Shown in pieces: positions 1-14,099 of a stretch of 64,000 bases of DNA. Location: assembly GCF_009914755.1 (NCBI RefSeq), contig NC_060935.1; one strand, 5' to 3'. Numbering within the stretch: the first letter of the stretch is position 1; the number at the start of each line of letters is the position of its first letter. Below the pieces are notes generated by a model. That model did not search any database and had not been told where the DNA came from. It saw nothing but the letters and a program-made list of their open reading frames with translations. Position numbers and translations under genes: made by a program. The DNA comes from the human T2T-CHM13v2.0 reference genome, Homo sapiens.

Positions 1-208
1 CAGGTTCAAGAGATTCTCCTGTCTCTGCTTCCCAAGTAGCTGGGATTACAGGCATCTGCCACCATGCCTGGCTAATTTTTGTATTTTTAGTAGAGGCAGG
101 CTTTCACCATTTTGGCCAGGCTGGTCTCCAGCTCCTGACCTCAAGTGATCTGCCCACATCGGTCTCCCAAAGTGCTGGGATTACAGGCGTGAACCACTGC
201 GCCCGGCC
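1..208 (-). mobile_element. AluS (Sx/Sz-like), cut by the window edge
   Basis: Reverse-complement Alu ending ...ccactgcgcccggcc at 208; contains cctgacctcaagtgatc. Confidence 0.95.
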
Positions 209-239
209 CATGGAGATTTCTTTCTTGACATTGTTCTAT

Positions 240-900
<661 letters not shown>

Positions 901-1405
901 TGCATGGCTCTTTTTCTCCTCAGAACACTTCATAATCATGTAGGTTGGTTGGGTTTGAAAATACAGGATTTCTATATGTTTCTGTCCTTGATAGAGAAGA
1001 GAATTGAGGGGCAATTAGAGAGGAAAAACTAGAGGACTGTGGCAAACACTGTGAAGTAAGATAGGGCAAAATCATCATCAAAGAATCTTCCTCCCTTAGG
1101 AAAGTTTATCCTCAGAAACAGTCTTTACCTCAGATCATCTCTGTCCTTCATTCATCCAGATCTTTATGGAAGGTCATTTCTAGAACAGATCAAAAATTAA
1201 GTAGTCAAAAGAAAATGTAATACTTTCTATAAAAACTGTATAACTTCTAAAATAAACCAAAAGTAGCAATTAGTCAATGCACATCAGAACTGTAGAAACA
1301 CAGAGTATATCATTAAAATTATTTGCTTTTGAAAAAGTATTTTCAGTCTTTCTCTAGATTGTGGAAAGCATCTAGCTTTTGAAAATGGAGAGATTTAGGT
1401 ATATT

Positions 1406-1557
1406 GTTACAGCTTGGTAAGTAAGTCACATAAACTCTCTGAGGCCCAGTTGTGAAAATCGTAAAAGGTGAATGTGAAAACTAAAGGTAACATATGGAAA
1501 GGTCTTTGCATAGTGTGGGACACCCAGTAGGTGCTCTGTAAATGGTAATCAATTACT
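1406..1557 (+). mobile_element. MIR SINE fragment
   Basis: aagtcacataaactctctgaggcccagtt core and cccagtaggtgctctgtaaatggt 3' end. Confidence 0.7.
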
Positions 1558-2449
1558 GAGCTAGCACTGTTGTTGATAGTAGGATACATAAAATATGTGT
1601 GGTTTACAGATTAGAAAATTTTCATACTTTTTCCTCTTAATGTTTTAAGAATTTATATTTCTCTTCCAGCTACTATTTGTTTATATTCATTAGTATTCAT
1701 CCTGGAGAATGTCTTGGCATAGTAGATTATTGATGACAATGCTTCCTGTCCTACTTTTTGTTTGGAAGCAAGATTAATTTATATGCTGATTAATTTGGGG
1801 GGCTGGTTACCTTACTCCTCTGCTTTTGTCATAGATATCATTTGTTTGTAATCAATTTTCCTTAACCTTTATACACTTGAGGAGATGGCACATGAATACA
1901 TTACTATTTGCTTCATACTTTCATTCATAAGACAAGTAGCAAATGAACAGGATGTCGAAAAATAGGTAAATTGGACTTCTGTTGGAAACAAGATGGTTTC
2001 AAATTTATAAAGAATTTTTGAAAATTCTTGCTAGCATGTGTATGAATGAAAATGCAGATATAATATATATGTATAATTTTAATAAATAAATATGTATGAA
2101 ATTAGGAGAATGGCATAGCATAAAGAGTGCTCCCCCCAAGCCCCCTGCCGTTTCACCATCCCTGCTTAAACTGTATATGTAAATTTAAGATAAAGAGAGG
2201 ACCTCTAAGACTGATTTTTTTTTTTGTTTGGTTGGTTTTTCTATCTCAGACCTGCTACTTAGTTGGTCTATTCTAGAGGAAATTCAAGCCAAGTTTTGGA
2301 AATGCATTTCTTTCTTGATGACTTTCAATCCTGATATTTTACAATGATAACACTGTTGAAAGTCTTTCTTGAATAATAATTTTATTACATTAGTTACCCA
2401 ACAGTTGCCTTGAGTGGTAGTATGGGGATATTATATTACAAATAACTGA

Positions 2450-2738
<289 letters not shown>

Positions 2739-2808
2739 GAGATTTTTTAATAGTGGAAACTATAAATGGATATAGCTCAATGTTGACCATGATTCTGAGA
2801 TTGGGTCT

Positions 2809-2867
2809 TAACTCATCTAACAACTTTTCCTAACTCATCTAGTAACTTTTCCTAACTCATCTAGTAA
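2809..2867 (+). repeat. 22-bp tandem repeat, about 2.7 copies
   Basis: taactcatctaacaacttttcc / taactcatctagtaacttttcc / taactcatctagtaa. Confidence 0.9.
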
Positions 2868-3001
2868 TCCTGTGAATGATCACCAACAATTATCAGCATT
2901 AGTGGATTTTTTCTAGCTGTCTCTTGTCACTAAAGCTTTATTATGGGGTACAATCACAAAAGATCATTCAGGGAAGTAGAAGAGTTACTAGGTAGTAATT
3001 C

Positions 3002-3146
3002 AGAAGACGGAATAAGAAGAAGGAAAGACGGAAGATAGGGAGACAGGGAGGGAGGGAGGAACAGAGGGAAGAAGGGAAGGAAGGAAGGAAAAGAAGAAAG
3101 AAAAAAGAAGTAAAAAAGGAAGAGAGAATAAAGGAAAGGAAAGAAA
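3002..3146 (+). repeat. GA-rich low-complexity polypurine tract
   Basis: (GGGA)n, (GGAA)n and AAG runs with very few pyrimidines. Confidence 0.9.
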
Positions 3147-3412
3147 TTTACAACTAATCTTTAGCATGTCTCAGGCTAAAGGCTTATGTATGACTTTGGG
3201 TCCTCAGAGCCTTTTGAGGTAAGAATGTTTCCCATTTTGTAAGTGTATGCATCTGCGGTGCTCGTAGAAAGATCTCCAGTGGCAGTCTGTCAGTGTAATG
3301 CTGATAAGGCCACTGTAGCTGGAGGCCAGTCATGTGCCATGGGCTCTCATCATTTATCTTTTGGGATACAAGCTTCTGTAACTAATAATGCAAAAACAAA
3401 AGAGGCAGAATA

Positions 3413-3668
3413 TGGTTGTGATGAGACTCCAGCTCAGGACCTAGACTGACTCAGTTTGAATCTCAGCTCTGCTACTTACTAGTGGGATATCCTTGGGCAA
3501 ACAGCTAAACCTTTATGTACCTCAGGTTTTTTTTTTTTTTAATGTGTGAAATGATGATAATACAGTCATGATATTTACATCATAGGGTGTTTCTAAGCAT
3601 TGAATGAGTTAATATGGAAAAGTGTCCTGACACATAACAAATAATATGCAATGACTGCTGATATTATT
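3413..3668 (+). mobile_element. MIR SINE
   Basis: gtttgaatctcagctctgctacttactag, ccttgggcaa, cctcaggtttt, tgaatgagttaata, cctgacacata. Confidence 0.85.
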
Positions 3669-3719
3669 GCTTTTATTTCAGTCAGTCAAGTTTATTCTAT
3701 CTTTGTAAGTTAGTAATTT

Positions 3720-4131
3720 CAGAAGATGACACCCCTCCCCATTCACTTACTACTACTTTATGAAACCTTTCTTGCATTCCAACCAAACTGAACACCTTGT
3801 TCTTGCAGGAGTCTCTGTCTTTGAATATTGCTGTCCTTTGTGCTATTAATTCTGAAATCACATTCAGCTCAGCAGAAGTTTTCATCATGAAGTTGACTAT
3901 CTCCCCCAGCCCCAAAGAAGGCAGTTTAGCAGCTTCTACACACCTCTATCATGACACATCATTGTATGTATTGTAAAAGCTATCAGAAGCCACTGCTTAC
4001 CTCACCACCACCTGAAGCGTAGCTCCTTGAAGACAGAGAGTACAGAATGTATGGCACTTTTTGCCCTCTGAGACCATAGCACAGTGCCTGGTACACAGAG
4101 GACTGTCAGTAAATGACAAAAGAATAAATGA
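3720..4131 (+). mobile_element. L2 3' fragment
   Basis: agctccttgaagacagag ... agcacagtgcctggtacacag ... gaataaatga resembles the L2 terminus. Confidence 0.65.
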
Positions 4132-4284
4132 TCCTACCACCAGGAGGACAGTAATCCAGGTGAGATAAAGTGAATGAAGCCTAAGGATTCAGGGAATTGA
4201 AAGGTAGGTATGCAGCTGTGGCAAAGACTCATATACAATATTTATTTGCCTCTTTAGCTGTCATTAAGCTATAAAATAAAACAT

Positions 4285-4490
4285 GTATTTTTAAGTGCCT
4301 TATCAAAAATATCAAGTAGGCACTTTATATTTGACATCACATTTAATATCTACAAACAACTCATGCAGCATATACTATTACTAGTCCCACTGATTGATAA
4401 GAAAGAGGCTCAGATAATTAATACAGCTGTCACTTGTTTAAGTTGCGATTAGCCCCCTGACCATCCTGACTTCAAACTCTATACTCCATC
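4285..4490 (-). mobile_element. MIR SINE
   Basis: Reverse-strand MIR pattern (catttaatatctacaaacaactcatg; gaggctcaga; ctgacttcaaa). Confidence 0.6.
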
Positions 4491-4724
4491 TTTTAAATTG
4501 ATTCCATATACATACCGGCTTTCAGGTTGATACATAGGTTATTTTCATGAAAAATATTTTACCTTGTTCAAATGAAGTATTGAGATGCCTCCCAAAGGTG
4601 AAATCTCTTTTCAGCCCAATCTTCATCCAACCCATTATTCATCCATCCCATTATTTCTGGGGCAGAATGTAAGAGTACACAGTGCTTTTTAACTTCCTAT
4701 TTTATTTTAAAAAATAACATTTTA

Positions 4725-5088
<364 letters not shown>

Positions 5089-7247
5089 TTAAAGTTGGTG
5101 CCAATTCCATCTGGTTTTAAAAGTGCCTTGAAAAACATCATACTGAAAACAAACATTGACAACTACTACTAACTCCTTTGAGAGACATATTGGAATGAGC
5201 AGACTGTCACCCTTTAAATGCTGAGCCTTTAAGTTAGGATGGAAGCCCTGCCTCACTTGCCCATCCTGTCTGTCACTGGTAGGGAATCAAATCACAGAAG
5301 CTGAACAACCAGAACCGAGTCTTCTAAGAGGCCCAGCTTGGCTTCTTATTCTGTGCAGATGAGTAGAAGGTGGTAAAGAATATGAATGACAATTATTGGT
5401 TTGAATATTTTCCAAAGGTAGAATTTGCAAGGCTATTGAAATCCTGTTAGACAAGACTTATTGCCTATGCATTTACAAACTGTGCAATTTAAGATAGGTT
5501 AGAGTGAATGTTATGCTCAGAGCTGCTAACAAGGAGGCCTCTCACCAATAGGCACTGTACAATATTATGGTAATCTTTTTGGGGAGTTTGTGGTAGCCAG
5601 CCTTTTTGCTACACAGTAAGGATCCAACCTTATTCCAAGTTATCCCTCTTGTCCAAAGTAGGACCAATACTATTCATAGGCTATAAACTTCTTACTCATT
5701 CCATTTCTGTAATTATGTCAAGGGAAAGGAATTTTCTTCAATTGCCAAGTAAGGAAAAGTGGCAAGTAGTAGAGGTTAAGTTCAGGTCATTGTGATGGGT
5801 GAGAAATTTGGGCTGGAATGTGGTCTTCCCGATGTGCCAGTGTTCATAATTTTACACTCTTCAACCTACTACTCTCTGATGTGAGATGTTGATGACTTCA
5901 ATATAGGAGAATCTATGGGACTTCTCCATAGCTTGTGAGATTAGAGCTTGTTCCTCTGTGAAGCAAACAGGGATTTCTGAACTTGGATACTTATCTTTCG
6001 AGATAAATGAATTTTCTGTTTATTTTTCTCTTTCTTCCAAAGCTGGAAGAAAGAACTTGTAAGAGATCACAGCAATATTCTCCAGTTATTTTCTTCTTAC
6101 AATTTAGGAGGAGAGAAAAATGTATTTAGTCTATAGATAAAACCTGGTTTTGAGATACTCCATTTCTCATCTTTAAACCTGAGATAGTTCTTAATATTGG
6201 AGCACTCACTGTTTTCCCAGTTTTTGTATGAAATTATTCATATAATATTTACATTCTCATACAGTTTTATTTTGTTTTTGGTCTCTATTCCTTTCATTTT
6301 TGTTTTAACCTCAACATTAAGCCTTGCTTTTACTTACCGATATTAGTGACAGGTTCTGTAAGTTCAAGTGCAATATGTTGGGCATCACTGAAAGCAGCTC
6401 CATATCATACTGACCTTCCTGGAGAAGGTAAAGCACAACTCATTGGTTTAATCATTGCATTCCATAAAGGAAGATGTCACTTAGCCAGCTTTCCTTTCAG
6501 TGCCAGAAAATCAGCTCAAAGTATTTTTCTTCAGATAAGTGAGCATGCTTGTCATAGCTTACTTACGCCTGTTAAATCTTTATATGAAATATTTTACAGA
6601 GAAATATGTAAATATTTTGACTGCTTGTGCCATTCTTTTCAGACTACTTTGCAGATTACACATGGGTCTCTATATGAAACAAGAAGGAAAAGCAAGCAGA
6701 AATTTCTTAATGTAGCGTTTTTCATTAATGAAGACAGAAAGGCTAAAAGAAAAAAATGTTAAATGGAGTCTTAATGTAAATAGTCAAGAAGAGTGATATA
6801 TACCCTATGGAATAGCCTCAAAGTGATATCAGTATGATGGAAATACATTATAAGGTTCTCATACAGCATATCTACTTACCTTTTCTTCTTGACAGCAGAT
6901 AAGTAAACCACGGCTTAGGAGTAGATTTGCCAATGTATTTTACTGGAGACTTTTGTAGTAAGACTTTTTACTAGTTTGTTACAGCTTATGTGAACAAAAT
7001 GTCTGTAAACCAGACTTTAATCTTAGAAATATATATATATTTTTACTACCTAGCGTCAGCAGATATTATATATTCTGAACACAGAGCAGAGAAAGTGAGG
7101 GAATTTTCCCCAGTCAGTTCTTATTTAATCCATAAAGCCAAGTCTTTGTGTAATTTCAGCTATTTAATTTTTGCTTTTTCATGATTGCCATTGAAAGAAT
7201 AAGATAATGTTGATGACATTTGAAATATGTTAAGAGGACCAATATCA

Positions 7248-7568
7248 GCTGGGCACGGTGGCTCACGCCTGTAATCCCAGCACTTTGGGAGGCCGAAGTG
7301 GGCAGATCACCTGAGCTTGGGAGTTCAAGACCAGCCTGACCAACATGGAGAAACCCTGTCTCTACTAAAAATACAAAATTAGCCAGGCGTGATGGCATAT
7401 GCCTGTAATCCCAGCTACTCGGGAGGCTAAGGCAGGAGAATCACTTGAACCCAGGAGGCAGAGATTGTGGTGAGCCAAGGTTGCAGTGAGCCAAGATCGC
7501 ACCATTGCACTCCAGCCTGGGCAACATGAGCGAAACTACATCTCAAAAAAAAAAAAAAAAAAAAAAAA
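7248..7568 (+). mobile_element. AluSp with a 16-bp internal duplication
   Basis: cctgaccaacatggagaaaccc (Sp diagnostic); 16-bp TSD aagagg(a/c)ccaatatca at 7232-7247 and 7569-7584. Confidence 0.95.
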
Positions 7569-7857
7569 AAGAGGCCCAATATCATGGTATAATTGTGCTG
7601 GTCTACTGTCTGAAATAACATGACTGTAGATGTTTTTATCAAATGACAAAATGATGACTGGTATTTATCATTTTATACCCTTCAGCCTACTACTTTCTGA
7701 TGTCAAACATTAATGATTTCGGCACAGGAGAATCTTTTATATTTTTCAATGAAAAATGTTTTACTCAGTTTTTGTGGGTTGAAAATATAAGTGTATAATT
7801 TGGCTGAGAAAAACATTGCATCACTAACATTTGCTCATGACTGTGGAGCTAAACAAA

Positions 7858-8350
7858 TTATCAGTCAAGATCTCTGGTTTGAAGCAACAGAACCTATCTC
7901 TGGCCTTAAGAAAAAGGAGATGCATTGGAAAGACATCAGTTTCCCAGAAGTGACAATTAACTTGGTAGTCTAAGGTTTAGAAAACCAAGAGTTGTAAATC
8001 AAGATAGCAGGAAATGTAGTCAAAATCATGCTGCAACAACTTTCTGATCCATGAACTCTGGCTATGGGATCATCTAACAACCCTCCCTCCCCCATTTCCT
8101 CATTCTTTGCATTACTTAAGATTCAGAGTTCCAGAACAAACACCTTATCAGCAAAGCCTAGCTTATTGGCCTGTTCTGTGGTATAGCCAGGTAGAGGAAG
8201 GTCCCAGCTGCTGTGGTTGAGAAAGGAATAGCAAAAGGAATCAAGAACTAGAAATCATCTTCCAACCACATTGGCACACAGTAAAGGACTAATAAAAATA
8301 TTGGGAAGTGGATGATGGTAAGTTGGAAAGTGACAAATGTCTATTCCCCA
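7858..8350 (-). mobile_element. Old MLT1-type LTR (degenerate)
   Basis: tcagtcaagatctctggtttgaagcaacagaacc resembles the reverse-strand MLT1J/K/L end. Confidence 0.45.
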
Positions 8351-8487
8351 AAAAATATTGTTTCGAAGTCATGGTGGGTTTTTAGACTAAACATTATCAT
8401 TCAATAGCTGTGAGACCTTGGATAAGCCTGTTTTTGTTTTTTTTTTTTTTTTTTTTCTCAGTCTAAAATGACAAATTTGACTTATGG

Positions 8488-8679
8488 TAGGGATGGGAAG
8501 TAAGTGGCAATTACATTGCCATCCCTCTTTTTCCTATGCCAGACATTACTAATTGATCATTGTATTCTTCCATCCTGAGACCAGATATAACCTCAGAATC
8601 ATTCTCAATATAGTACTCTGGCAGCAACTACCAAATTATTAGAGCTGATAAATAAGATAAAATCCCACAAACATCTCTG
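8488..8679 (-). mobile_element. MER117-like hAT-Charlie DNA transposon
   Basis: cagacattactaattgatca, cctcagaatcattctcaa, ggcagcaactacca; termini tagggatgg...catctctg. Confidence 0.7.
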
Positions 8680-9330
8680 AACTAGAGGTTAATTACATTT
8701 CTTTAGAGTGTCAATGTTCTTTGAAGTTCCAGGACTAAGAAGTATTGTTAGTTAAATTATTTTAGAAAATTAGAAAGAACCTAGACCAGGCAGGAATAGA
8801 CTCATAAAGTAGCTAATCCAGTAATGTCTGATTGAAGTGAAAGAAAATATTTTCAAACTTGACTAGCTTTCATTATGAATGTTGAGATGTTGAAGGAAAA
8901 CTTTACTCCATTATGGAATGTGCTGTTTATCCTCTGCCTTAAGATCATAAAGATGATTCTTTGAACAAAAGAAAGATAGGACATTGGTCTGAGGTTTAAA
9001 ACTATATATTATATTGCTGATGGTAAATAAATATATTATTACTGTAAACAAATTGCCATTCACCATGAATTATTTTGTTAATGGTAGAAGAATCACTATT
9101 TAAGTAGTCTTTTAAAGTTTGTAGAATGCAAGATCTAAAATGGCTCAAAAATCTACCCTAGAATTTACTAGTATATGTTATTAAACTTAATTACAGGTTC
9201 AGCTATTTTGTTCAGATACATATATTTATTACCTTTTTTATTTACTAATTCGAGTAATGAATTACATCAATTTGTTTAATACAGTTGCTGCCTCGGGATC
9301 CATTTTTATGCCAGACATAGGTATTTGAAA

Positions 9331-10053
9331 TTCAATTATACTCCATCACCTTTGGCCTAGTTAAAACTTTTCCTCTCTGTGTGGTTCTTTGCAATATAGC
9401 CCTCTGTTCATTTCACTGACCCAAAACCCAACAAATCCCAAAGCCGCTGACCACAATAAACCTAATGGTTAACACCTGACTCATATAAGTAACTTTCCCC
9501 CTTCGCATGTGTTTCCTTTAAACCAGTCAATTCAAAACTCCTGAGGAAAAGCAAAACAGATAATGCTCATGAAGCTTAATAAAAGCCTAGTCCTCTCTCT
9601 CCTACTTCTCTCCTGCTGGTTGAGAACGCTTGCTATCTCTGCGCTTCCTGTTGGCTGTTGTGAACATCCTTTTTTCTTGTGGATTTGTAAGTAATCAAAT
9701 GCTTCTGTTATGTCATGTGTTTTGTTGTTCTGCCTCCTCTGTGTCTCACCTGACCAACATGCTCAAACGTAACACTCCTTTTGGTCAGGGCTCTCCTACA
9801 AAGTGGCTATCTTGGTAGAAATAAACTGGATACAGGCCAGAAAAGAGCCACAGAACATCTGCCAGTATAAACAAGTTTTCTGTGAGAGGCACACCTGGTC
9901 ATGGGGTGGGCACTTAACCATTAGGCTGTCTGCCTGGATAAAGAATCATCCCGTGAAAGCATACCGTAAACATCCAAGACCACCTTTGCTGGAGTTCTAA
10001 CAGAGCAGGGATAGAAAGAGGCTTCAAGACAGAATTAGAAGAAAATCACAACA
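9331..10053 (+). mobile_element. Solo ERVL LTR (MER54-like)
   Basis: cagggctctccta..agtggctatcttggtag.aataaactgga, ctgccagtataaacaagttt; ends ...cacaaca; candidate 5-bp TSD tgaaa at 9326-9330 and 10054-10058. Confidence 0.7.
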
Positions 10054-10449
10054 TGAAATATTTTGTATTTAGATTTTTTTTAACCTCTTGAGCTACTCAG
10101 ACTGTATTGATTTGCAACTTAGGACAAGTGACAACAGACAGAATAATGATACCCAGGAATTACTAGCCTCCAATGGCAAGCAGCGTCTTTTCTCTACCCA
10201 GTAGATTCCACTTTCTTCCAGGTGGGCTGTGTTTGTGTTTATCCACACATCAAGGTTTTGGAATGGTAAAAACCTGTAGTATAGCCTTGAACCATGCTAG
10301 GGAAATATATATCTGTTTCAAGGGAAATTCTGGCATCAACAAATCACAAAAAAATTTTCATTTAGACAATTTTTGGACACTAGCTTTCCGTAGAGGACCT
10401 GGAACAAACTTAGTTTCAAAGGCCATCCTACCTCTGTGATACTTGCAGT

Positions 10450-10930
10450 AGAGTACAAAAAGGACCACGAATTCTTCTCATTCATGTATGCATGCCCGTT
10501 AACAATTCATCTTTGCAGTTTCTCCTTTAAAGGTAGATATGGGGTTTATTTCTCTACTCCTTGGATATGGGTTGGCCATCTGTCTTAGTTTGGTCAAAGG
10601 ATTGTTAGCAAACGTGATGCAAGCAGACCCTTAAAACGTGTTTGCATTATGGGGCTTTTCTTCTTGCTGTTCTTGGAAACACTGAGACCACCACCATGTG
10701 GATTGGGCTGAGCTAGCCTTCTGGATAATGAAAGACACATGGCAAGATTTTCTCTCTCACTCTAGCTAGCATCCAGTCCATCACTAGCCATGTTAGTGAG
10801 GCCTTCCAACATCATTCAGGCCCATCTTAGCTGGCTCACTATGAACTGCACAATTAACTCTCAAAAGAATAAGAAATAATAAATCTTTGTTGTTTTAAGA
10901 CACTAAGTCTGGAGGTAAATTTTATAGCTC
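10450..10930 (+). mobile_element. MLT1 (G/H-like) solo LTR
   Basis: ttagcaaacgtgatgcaagcaga; aataaatctttgttgttttaagacactaagt. Confidence 0.75.
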
Positions 10931-11679
10931 CAGTGGTTCCTTTTTGTCTCCATATTATTCAAGCAGGATGGGTTTGCTTACCCTCATAGGCATGGTACAG
11001 AGATAATCTTTAGAAACTTTTTGGGTCTTCCCACTGATTGGCAATCAATAGAATGCATCCTTAGATGTACTGGAAAAAACTAGTGATGCCTTTTCCATAT
11101 TTTTTATTTAAAATAAAACTGGACTTTTGGGTTTTCATTATTTCAGTTTATGGCATTATTATTTTAAACAAACACACTATATATTGGAGTTCTTTTTCAG
11201 GACAAGCAATGATACAGGCCAAAGCACTTTATGCAGTGAAAGCTTCATAACTTCAGTTATTCCAAATGATTGCAGAAAAGTAATTTCTCAGCTTTTTCAG
11301 GGTTAATTTGCCACATGAATTTAGTGTGGCATTGAAGAGTAAAAAAGGCAAAAGACGAAGATTGTCTCAAAGAGAGGAAAAGAGCCTCCATAATACTTAA
11401 GCTACCCAATACCTTTCTCAGAGGAAGCTAAACTTATTTATAGAGTTTATAAAGTCATTTGTTTGAGATATTTTGCATAGATCCTAACATTCCAAGCTGT
11501 ATCTTATCCTGTGTCCCAGGTCCGGTTGATTAATGCCATCTCTCCTCTGTCCTCAGGCTATTTCTAATACATTAGTCTTTTTTCCCTGGAAATTGTTGTC
11601 CTCACATGCAGAGTTCTTTCCAGAATTTTTATGTTGTAACTGTTTAAATTGATCCCTTTTAAAAGTTAGCTACTTAGTT

Positions 11680-11682
<3 letters not shown>

Positions 11683-11719
<37 letters not shown>
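11683..11719 (+). repeat. (AC)18 microsatellite
   Basis: Perfect AC run. Confidence 0.97.
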
Positions 11720-11724
<5 letters not shown>

Positions 11725-13184
11725 TATATGTCATACTTCTCTGTTTCTCTTTGTGCTTTAGAAATGGTTTTCTGGTGGAACATTGGCTAAAGACATGTTT
11801 GGGAAAAATGACAAAACAAAGCATAGTAATCTATGGTTGGAGAGATAGTGCCTAAATTATATATTATATTTGCATTTACAAAAATGCTTTTGGTTTTATC
11901 ATGTTTCAGTAATGTGATCATCCTTTGGGGCGTGCAAATATGCTGCTTATGCAGTTCTGAAATCTTAAGTCTGGGATTATGATGCCAATTATTACATATT
12001 AGGAACTATGGAGAAGTTGACAGAAAGTGCTAGTTTTATGACTAGACATATAGTAATATTGATGCTGCATTCTTTAAAGTTAAAATACCCAGACTCAATG
12101 TAGAACCAGTGTTCCCTGCAAAAGTGAGAGTAAGGTCACAGTAGTGCCTATGGCAGTTGGTTTTGAGGAATTACTGGTAAGAATTCTTTTTGCTTGAAAA
12201 ATTCAATTGATCAATAACAAGACTCACACAAAAAAGTTTCATAACTTTTGGTCCAACATCTTTTGGAAATGACATATAATATGCAATGTTTTCTTTATAA
12301 GTCAGTAGGGTTTGTGAATGCATTTATTCTGGATAATTCAAGTTCTCTTCACACTTTTTTTCCTCCAAATTGTTTCCTCCACAATGAGTATACTGAGCAT
12401 GTATTGGAACATCCACTGGTTAACTTTGAACAAGGTCTTGTAAAATCCATTGACTTCTGAAATAGGGGCAGCAGGAAGCAGAGGTATCTCACAGAAATAT
12501 ATTTTCCAAACTCCTTTCCAGTTGGGACTGGCTGTAACAATAGAAAACAGCACCAGGTGAAAGATATTCTGTTAACAGTGGATAATGCAAATTGTAACTT
12601 GTAATTAGTAACTTGGAATCCCTTTTGCTTTGTCAGAGGGACAACAGGCAAAAAAGAATGAGACATCTGAGATTGGAATGAAATGGACCACAGCTGATTG
12701 TAATAAGATGATAGGATCTGTGAAAAAAATAACTGTTTCTGCCTGTTGCTGAAAAGAGACTTAAAACCCGGGTTTTAGCACTGTGTGCTTTCTTTTCAAT
12801 ATCTAGGAAAACCTTGTTAAAAAATCAAGCAAGAATCTTGACTGTGCCTGATGTAGTAGGACAGAATCAATTTTCCTTGTCCCTAATTTTTTTTTCAGAA
12901 GTCAATGGGGACAAACTTGGCTTTCAACATGATTTGTAACCTCCCAGTGGGATGTTTGCTTATAGGTATCCTTAACTGCATACAACCCAAATCAGTCTTT
13001 TATCATCATTAAGCCTCTCCAGTGCTTATATGGGAATTATGAGAATATGAGCTGCCCTGGAAGGATCTTGCAGACAGAGCCAAAGTGCAGAATCACCTTC
13101 TCCCCAACCAACTGTCCTATAGGCAATCATTCTATTTCATTAGCTCCTGCAATTATAACAATGCCAAAAAGGAATTGGTTTTAT

Positions 13185-13742
13185 ATTTTATTTCTTCTTT
13201 GATCCATTGATTGTTCCATAGTTTATTTTTCACATATTTGTAAATTTTCCAGTTTTTCTCCTGATAATATCTGGTATACCAATACCAATGAGCATACCAA
13301 TGTGGTTGGAAAAGATACTTGAGATGACTTCAGTCTTCTAAAATTTATTAAGACTGGTTTTGTGGATTATCATATGATATATTCTAGAGAATGTTCTGTG
13401 TGCACTTGAGAAAGTTTGTTCTGCTCTTAGATGGTATGCTCTGCACGTGTCTGTTAGGTCCATTTTGTCTGAAGTATAGTTCAAATCCAGTGTGTCTTTA
13501 TTGATTTTCATATGGATGATCTCTCTGTAATTAAAACTGGGTTATTGAAGAAACCTGTTATATTGCTGTCTGTTTCTCCCTTTTATGTTAATATTTGCTT
13601 TATATATTTAGGTACACTGATGTTGAGTGCAAATATATTTATCATTACTATATCCTATTGATGTATTGAAGCCTTTATCATATAATCTTCCTTGTGAGTT
13701 TTTGACTGAAAGTCTATTTTATCTTACACAGGTATAGCCACC
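13185..13742 (-). mobile_element. Old L1M, ORF2 endonuclease region (left piece of an interrupted element)
   Basis: Antisense ORF2-like sequence (gagaatgttctgtgtgcacttgag; atatttgctttatatatttaggt); resumes at 20164. Confidence 0.85.
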
Positions 13743-14099
13743 TGCTGTGGTTTAAATGTTTGGCCCCTCCAAAATTTGAAATTTAATTGCCACTGTGAAA
13801 GTATTGAGGTAGAACTTTTAAGAGGTGCTTAGGTCATGAGGGCTCCACTCTTAGGAATAAACTAATGTCATCAATGCAGGAGTGGGTTTGCACCTCTTGA
13901 TTTCTCTGTTGCCCTCTTTGCCCTTCTACAATGTAATTATTTCCTCCATGTTATAAGACAGCAGAAGGCCTTCACCAGATGCTGGCACGTTGATGTGGGA
14001 CTTCCTAGCCTGTGAGAACTGTTAGAAACAAACTTCTGCTCATTATAAATTACCTTGTCTGTGGTATTCTGGTAGAGAAGCAAAAAATGGATTAAGGCA
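13743..14099 (+). mobile_element. MST (C/D-like) MaLR 5' LTR
   Basis: Starts tgctgtggtttaaatg; contains ccagatgctggcac and ttataaattacc; ends ggattaaggca. Confidence 0.85.

Noticed and set aside
2809-2867. Short tandem repeats as a CRISPR-like array
   Set aside because: Only 2-3 adjacent copies, no spacers, eukaryotic context; slippage duplications
6346-6762. 138-aa plus-strand ORF in unique DNA
   Set aside because: Non-ATG start, no recognisable domain, length compatible with chance
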